Shown: positions 25,772 to 30,999 of the stretch, piece by piece
Numbering within the stretch: position 1 is the stretch's first letter
Layout: every line of letters begins with the position of its first letter
From: Archangium sp.
GTDB lineage: Bacteria > Myxococcota > Myxococcia > Myxococcales > Myxococcaceae
DNA length: 30,999 bases
NCBI GenBank assembly: GCA_031367385.1
Contig: JANLPS010000154.1
Coordinates: 1 to 30,999, forward strand
Reading direction: 5' to 3'
Made by a program: the position numbers and the translations under genes
Notes under the pieces: model-generated
Told to the model about the DNA's origin: nothing
Databases searched by the model: none
Seen by the model: the letters and a program-made list of their open reading frames with translations, nothing else

Positions 25772-27100
25772 TTACAGGGTAATCGTCTGACGATCGACCT
25801 GCTCGCCCTCGGCGGTGGTGTACTTGATCACCACCTCGTAGTCGCCCGGCAGCGCGTCGATGCCGGTGTGGGTCGGAGCCGGGCCGACCACCAGGGTGCC
25901 TCCGAAGTACAGCTCGTAGGTGCCGCGCACCACATAGGTCGTGTTGTCTTCGCGGGTGATGGTCACGTCATCGACGTCGAGGCGGTTGAGCTTGATGACG
26001 TTGTCTTTGAGTTGATCAAGCGCGACCGTTCGCCCGCCCGCGGTCAGCGTGTAGTTCGCGGCGGCGTTCACGTAGGCCTTGAGGTTCAGCGTCGCGTTGC
26101 TCGTCGCGGGCAGAGTGTAGGCGCGCTCGCTGGAGATCGACGAGGTGATGCGGGCCGTCGAATAGTCGGGCAGCTCACGCGCCGACAAGAACTGAATGCG
26201 GGTCTTGAACTGCGAGGGCAGGGTGCCGACGACCGGCAACGCGACGGGCACTTCGGCGATGTCACCCTCGGCGAAGGTCACCGCCGTGCTGGTCGCGTTG
26301 CTCAAGTCGTACTGATACGCCGCCGGCGCGTAGGCCAGGTCTTTGTCGGCGAAGTCGGCGCCGTACAACCCGCGCACGTGGCTGAAGTTCTTCTGCTGAA
26401 ACTCGCTGCAGAGCGTCGCCGCGTTGACGTCGACCGAGGCGCACTTGCCGGTCGTCGAGCGGGTCGCACCGGTGATGGTGTACGAGCTGTAGTTCGCGCA
26501 GGGCAGGCCCATGAAGTTTGCCAGCGTGTAGTTGCTCACGAAGTACGAGCCTCCGCAGGTGCCAGCCGCGCCGGTGTAGAACCAGCTCACCGTCGCGCCG
26601 CCCGCGAAGGGGTCGCCGTTGGTCGCTGAGGTGCTGGTCAGCGAGCTCGGGCACGCCACGTTGGTGACCACCGGCGTCATGCCGAAGTCAGGCACGTCGA
26701 CCGCGGGCAGGGCATCGGGCACGCACTTGCGGTGGGCGACGGCCAACACCAACGTTCGCTTCTCTTTCGCCGCCAAGGTCACGTTCGTCGCGAGGCCGTC
26801 GACCGCCACGACGTGCGCGCCCTTCTTGATGCGCTGCTGCGAGCCGAACTGCAGCGTCGCTCCGTCGAGCGTGAGCACCGGGTTCTTCGCCAACGGCTTG
26901 CCGCACGTGCCGCCCGCCACGCAGGTGCCGGTGGGCAACGCCACCGTCAGGTACGCCAGGTTCTCGCTGCCGGTCGGGTTGATTCGAAGGTCGTTCGAGC
27001 CCTGAACGCCGTCGCTCGAGCCCTCGTCAGTTCCAGTGACACCACACGCCATCAGACCAACCGCACACACCACAGCCACAACCTGCAACCTGGAGTTCAT
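25772..27100 (-). CDS. Hypothetical beta-rich lipoprotein (442 aa)
   Basis: MNSRLQVVAVVCAVGLMAC lipobox; Thr/Val/Gly-rich; 8 further Cys in the mature part. Confidence 0.8.
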   Translation of the reverse strand: MNSRLQVVAVVCAVGLMACGVTGTDEGSSDGVQGSNDLRINPTGSENLAYLTVALPTGTCVAGGTCGKPLAKNPVLTLDGATLQFGSQQRIKKGAHVVAVDGLATNVTLAAKEKRTLVLAVAHRKCVPDALPAVDVPDFGMTPVVTNVACPSSLTSTSATNGDPFAGGATVSWFYTGAAGTCGGSYFVSNYTLANFMGLPCANYSSYTITGATRSTTGKCASVDVNAATLCSEFQQKNFSHVRGLYGADFADKDLAYAPAAYQYDLSNATSTAVTFAEGDIAEVPVALPVVGTLPSQFKTRIQFLSARELPDYSTARITSSISSERAYTLPATSNATLNLKAYVNAAANYTLTAGGRTVALDQLKDNVIKLNRLDVDDVTITREDNTTYVVRGTYELYFGGTLVVGPAPTHTGIDALPGDYEVVIKYTTAEGEQVDRQTITL

Positions 27101-27198
27101 AGGTATTCTCGGTATTTGGGGAAAAGGTGGGGAAAGCGGGGGCCGTGTCATACATGCGCTCTTGGAAGTCAAGGCCGGGCGCGCTACGGGCCTTCGAG

Positions 27199-28248
27199 AT
27201 GCGCGCGCTGCAGGGGCTCACCCTCGATGAATTGACCCTCGAGCTGAAGAGCCGAACGCGCGCGATCGAGGTCTTGAAGTGGTTGTACGCGCAGCCGTCG
27301 GTGCCGAGCGTGCTCCCGGGCGTGATTGCCGGGGTGAGCCACAAGGTGTGGGGCCCCTTCGTCGAGCGAACCCCCGTGGCCTGCCCCCGGGTGACCGAGC
27401 GGCAAGAGGCCGAAGACGGCACCACCAAGTACGCGCTCGAGTTCGACGGTACCTCGGTCGAGACCGTGCGCATCCCCGCGAAGGGGCGGAGCACGGTGTG
27501 CATTTCGAGCCAGGCCGGCTGCACGCGCAAGTGCGTGTTCTGCGCGACGAAAGAGCTCGGCTTCATTCGGCAGCTCAAGGCCGAAGAGATGGTCGCGCAA
27601 TTCATGGTCGCCCGCGCCGAGGCGCCCGCCGCGCAGCCCGCCAAGAACGTGGTCTTCATGGGCATGGGCGAACCGATGGACAACCTCGACGAGGTCTTGC
27701 GCGCGGTCGAGGTCTTGACGCAGAGCCCGGTGCCGCAGCTGCGTGCAGAAGCGGTGACGGTGTCGACCTCGGGTGTCGTGCCGGGCATGCAGCGTTTTCT
27801 GACGGAGTCGAAAGGCTCGCTCGCGCTCTCGCTGAACGCCACCACCGACGAGACGCGCACCCGGCTGATGCCGCAGAACAAGATCTGGCCCATCGACGCG
27901 ATGATGCAGGTGCTTCGCGATGCGGCCGTGGTGAGCCCCAAGCGACACACCTTCGTCGAGTACGTGCTCTTCGATGGAGTGAACGACTCTGACGCCGATG
28001 CCGACCGCCTGGTCGCGCTGCTGCAAGGCATCCCTTCGCGGGTGAATGTCATTCCGTACAACCCGTATCCGGGTACCGGGCTGACGACTCCGTCGCGTGA
28101 ACGAATGATGGCCTTTCACGCCCGGGTCGCCGCGCAGGGGCAGCTGTGTCTGATTCGCTGGCCACGGGGTCGTGACATCGCCGCGGCGTGCGGGCAGCTG
28201 GTGCTGGCGAAAGACGGGCAGGGGTTTCAAGCGAACGGGTTGCAGTAG
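27199..28248 (+). CDS. rlmN: RlmN-family radical SAM RNA methyltransferase (23S rRNA A2503 C2)
   Basis: 'CISSQAGCTRKCVFC', 'FMGMGEP', 'VSTSG', 'EYVL..GVND', 'RGRDIAAACGQL'; both catalytic Cys present. May be one of several paralogs. Confidence 0.9.
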   Translation: MRALQGLTLDELTLELKSRTRAIEVLKWLYAQPSVPSVLPGVIAGVSHKVWGPFVERTPVACPRVTERQEAEDGTTKYALEFDGTSVETVRIPAKGRSTVCISSQAGCTRKCVFCATKELGFIRQLKAEEMVAQFMVARAEAPAAQPAKNVVFMGMGEPMDNLDEVLRAVEVLTQSPVPQLRAEAVTVSTSGVVPGMQRFLTESKGSLALSLNATTDETRTRLMPQNKIWPIDAMMQVLRDAAVVSPKRHTFVEYVLFDGVNDSDADADRLVALLQGIPSRVNVIPYNPYPGTGLTTPSRERMMAFHARVAAQGQLCLIRWPRGRDIAAACGQLVLAKDGQGFQANGLQ

Positions 28249-28273
28249 GCGCCTTTTTTGTCGTGCTACACCC

Positions 28274-30955
28274 ATGGGCGTGTCTGGGCTAGCGCTGCGC
28301 ATCACTCCGTCAGGGCGGTTGGTGCTCGAAGAATCGGCCGAGGCGATGCCTCTCGAGCCGGCCATCGCTGCCAGGCTTCTGAAGGCCTTCGACCGAGGCA
28401 CTGGCGAGGGGCTCCTGCAGCTCGGAGGTCGCGAGGTCGGCGCGCGACTGCCTGTGTCGTTCTCGCTGTTTCGTGAGCTCGCCGCGCGTTTCGTCACGGT
28501 GGTGTGCAGCGTACCGATGCCTGCGCCGATTCAGGTGGTCACGCCGACGCACGATGCGCTGAGCGCCATCGCCGCTGCAGTGCCGCTGATCACCGGCAGC
28601 GAATACCTGACCGCCGCCCTGCTCGAAGCCTGGTGGCACGAGCTCACCGATGCCTTCAACGCCGACTTACTTGCCTCGGGCCTGAGCGCGCTCGATTTTC
28701 TGGAGCAGCTCAACCCCGCCTGGCACCTCGTCGGCCGCGTGCACTTCAACCTCGCCGAGAACCGGCACGATGAAGAGGCCCCGTTCGCTTTCATGGCCAC
28801 CTACACGCCGAAGGTCTCGGTGCACGGCAAGGCACAGCACGTGCCGCTCGGCCAGGCGCTGACTGAGTACGCGGGCCCTCAGAACAAGCAGCAGCTGCTG
28901 GGGTTGTTGCTGCCGGTCAAGCGGGCCAGTGAGCACTGCACCTGGCTCAAAGCGCTCGTCGACGCTGGAGACGTCTTTCACCCCCTGCGATGGGACGTTT
29001 CCGAGGCGCACCAATTCATCAAGGACATTGAGCACTTGGAGGCCGCTGGCATCATCGCAAGGCTCCCCTCGTCGTGGAAAACGCGACGCCCGGCCCGCCC
29101 AACGGTCAACGCGAAGGTCGGCACCCACCCTCCTGAGAACCTCGGCACCGAATCGCTCCTCGATTTTCAAATCGACGTCTCGCTCGAAGGCGAGAGCCTC
29201 ACGCACGCTGAGCTGCGAGCGCTCATGGCGGGCGTCGAGAACCTGGTTTTCCTTCGTGGCCGGTGGGTCGAGGTCGATCGCGACAAGCTTCAGCGGCTGT
29301 TGACGCAGTTCGAGAACGTGCAGCACCGCGCAGAACAGGGCGGGCTTGGCTTTCACGAGGCGATGCGGTTGCTGGCCTCGGCGCCAGTCACCGGCGAAGA
29401 CGAGGTCGACCCCTCCGCCGCCCAGTGGGCACAGGTCACCGCGGGGCCGTGGCTCGCGAACACCCTGAAGCAGCTCCGCGCACCCGATGCCACCGTCGAC
29501 CCCGGCGCCGCGCTCAACGCCACGCTTCGCCCCTATCAACGCAATGGCGTGCAGTGGTTGCACTTGCTCTCGAAGCTCGGTCTCGGCGCTTGTCTCGCCG
29601 ATGACATGGGGTTGGGCAAGACGATTCAAGTCTTGGCCCTGCTGTTGGTCATTCGCCGCTCGGTGACTAAGCCGACGCTGCTGGTCGCTCCAGCCTCGCT
29701 GCTCGCCAATTGGTCAGCCGAAATTGCGAAATTCGCGCCCACGATTGGCGCCATGACGGTGCACCCCTCGGAGCTCTCAAGCGCCGAGCTGAAGGCGCTG
29801 ACCCCGCTGTCTTTCGCCCAGGCCCAATTGGTCATGACCACCTACGGGTCGCTGCAGCGGGTGCCAGCCCTGACGCAGACCGACTGGGAGCTCGTCATCG
29901 TCGACGAAGCGCAAGCCATCAAGAACCCCAACGCCAAGCAAACCCGCGCGGTCAAGAAGGTCAAGGCCCGCTCGAGAATCGCGCTCACGGGCACGCCAGT
30001 CGAAAACCGCCTCGGTGATTTGTGGTCGATCTTCGATTTCATCAACCCGGGTCTGTTGGGCACCTCGCAGCAGTTCACCGCGTTCACGAAAAAAGCAGCC
30101 ACTGCGAAAGAGAACCCCTTTGGGCCGCTGCGAGAATTGGTGCGGCCGTATATTTTGCGGCGCCTGAAAACAGACAAGTCGGTCATTGATGATCTGCCTG
30201 ACAAGACCGAGGTCAATGCCTACTGCGCGCTCAGCAAGAAGCAGGCAGCGCTCTATCAAGCAGCGGTCGAGCAGCTGAAGAGCGAGATGCAGAAGAAAGA
30301 AGGCATCGCGCGCAAGGGCATCATCTTGTCGTACTTGCTGCGCTTCAAACAGATCTGCAATCACCCGTCGCAGTGGCTCTCTGATGGCGAGTGGCTGGAG
30401 GCTGACAGTGGCAAGCTCGCGCGGCTGCGAGAGCTCACCGAGGTCATCGCGGCGAAGCAGCAGAAAGTGTTGGTCTTCACCCAGTTTCGCGAGACGACCG
30501 CGCCGCTCGACGCGTTCTTGGCGTCTGTTTTTGGCAAGCGTGGGCTGGTGCTGCACGGTGGCACGCTGGTGGCCAAGCGCAAGGGCCTGGTCAACGCCTT
30601 TCAAGAAGACGAGTCGGTGCCGTACTTCGTGCTCTCGCTCAAGGCGGGAGGCTCCGGCCTCAATTTGACCTCGGCCTCGCACGTCATTCACTTCGACCGG
30701 TGGTGGAACCCGGCGGTCGAAAATCAAGCCACTGATCGCGCCTATCGCATCGGGCAAAAGAAAAACGTGTTGGTGAACAAGTTCATTTGCCGCGGCACCG
30801 TCGAAGAGAAGATCGATCAGCTGATCGAGTCGAAGCGCGGGCTGTCGAACGACCTGCTGCAAGGTGGCAACGAGCTGGTGTTGACCGAGCTCAAAGACGA
30901 TGAATTGCTCTCGTTGGTCGCGCTCGACTTGAAGTCAGCCGCACAGGAGCTCTGA
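28274..30955 (+). CDS. SNF2-family (SWI2/SNF2) helicase/ATPase (893 aa)
   Basis: 'LRPYQ', 'LADDMGLGKT', 'DEAQAIKN', 'ALTGTPVEN', 'LRRLK', 'SGKL', 'SLKAGGSGLNL', 'WWNPAVENQATDRAYRIGQ'. Confidence 0.95.
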   Translation: MGVSGLALRITPSGRLVLEESAEAMPLEPAIAARLLKAFDRGTGEGLLQLGGREVGARLPVSFSLFRELAARFVTVVCSVPMPAPIQVVTPTHDALSAIAAAVPLITGSEYLTAALLEAWWHELTDAFNADLLASGLSALDFLEQLNPAWHLVGRVHFNLAENRHDEEAPFAFMATYTPKVSVHGKAQHVPLGQALTEYAGPQNKQQLLGLLLPVKRASEHCTWLKALVDAGDVFHPLRWDVSEAHQFIKDIEHLEAAGIIARLPSSWKTRRPARPTVNAKVGTHPPENLGTESLLDFQIDVSLEGESLTHAELRALMAGVENLVFLRGRWVEVDRDKLQRLLTQFENVQHRAEQGGLGFHEAMRLLASAPVTGEDEVDPSAAQWAQVTAGPWLANTLKQLRAPDATVDPGAALNATLRPYQRNGVQWLHLLSKLGLGACLADDMGLGKTIQVLALLLVIRRSVTKPTLLVAPASLLANWSAEIAKFAPTIGAMTVHPSELSSAELKALTPLSFAQAQLVMTTYGSLQRVPALTQTDWELVIVDEAQAIKNPNAKQTRAVKKVKARSRIALTGTPVENRLGDLWSIFDFINPGLLGTSQQFTAFTKKAATAKENPFGPLRELVRPYILRRLKTDKSVIDDLPDKTEVNAYCALSKKQAALYQAAVEQLKSEMQKKEGIARKGIILSYLLRFKQICNHPSQWLSDGEWLEADSGKLARLRELTEVIAAKQQKVLVFTQFRETTAPLDAFLASVFGKRGLVLHGGTLVAKRKGLVNAFQEDESVPYFVLSLKAGGSGLNLTSASHVIHFDRWWNPAVENQATDRAYRIGQKKNVLVNKFICRGTVEEKIDQLIESKRGLSNDLLQGGNELVLTELKDDELLSLVALDLKSAAQEL

Positions 30956-30999
30956 TGTACCGCGACTACCAACCCTACCAGTCGGTCGCCGCCCGCCGC
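30955..30999 (+). CDS. 5' end of a translationally coupled gene, probably the SWIM zinc-finger partner of the SNF2 helicase (partial)
   Basis: TGATG overlap, AGGAG RBS; MYRDYQPYQSVAARR resembles the 'PYVxVAERR' N-terminus of SNF2-associated SWIM proteins. Confidence 0.55.
   Translation, partial: MYRDYQPYQSVAARR

Noticed and set aside
27199..28248. Cfr-type resistance methyltransferase
   Set aside because: Motifs and chromosomal context fit RlmN; nothing visible points to Cfr, though only a phylogeny would settle it
28247..28259. AGGCGCCT plus T-run after rlmN as a terminator
   Set aside because: Stem too short and loopless to be a convincing intrinsic terminator

Overview
High-GC window with gene content typical of a myxobacterium (Myxococcota; inferred from DUF1552/DUF1592 genes, many lipoproteins, RDD/DUF4177/ATP-grasp operon). 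About 24 intact protein genes plus several broken ones. Left to right: DUF1592-type gene (apparent frameshift at a G6 run in its signal peptide) and Tat-exported DUF1552 gene; relic nucleotidyltransferase; a tight operon of membrane protein, DUF4177, RDD, a tandem double D-Ala-D-Ala-ligase-like ATP-grasp enzyme and a PrsW-family protease; VWA lipoprotein; MBL hydrolase; acyl-CoA dehydrogenase. Next is a ~5.1-kb module (di-heme cytochrome c peroxidase, LysR, NAD-dependent epimerase, TetR, ABC1 kinase) bracketed by a 35-bp direct repeat (33/35 identical), with a broken gene just outside each copy. Then a membrane-anchored TAXI-like protein, MscS-cNMP channel, mini catalase-like protein, GT4, Cys-rich proteins, rlmN, and an SNF2 helicase with the start of its probable SWIM partner. 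No rRNA, tRNA, CRISPR array, integrase or transposase was seen. Best leads: the repeat-bounded, integrase-less module with its own shared LysR operators, and the double ATP-grasp operon. All family calls come from motif recognition by eye; no database searches were run.
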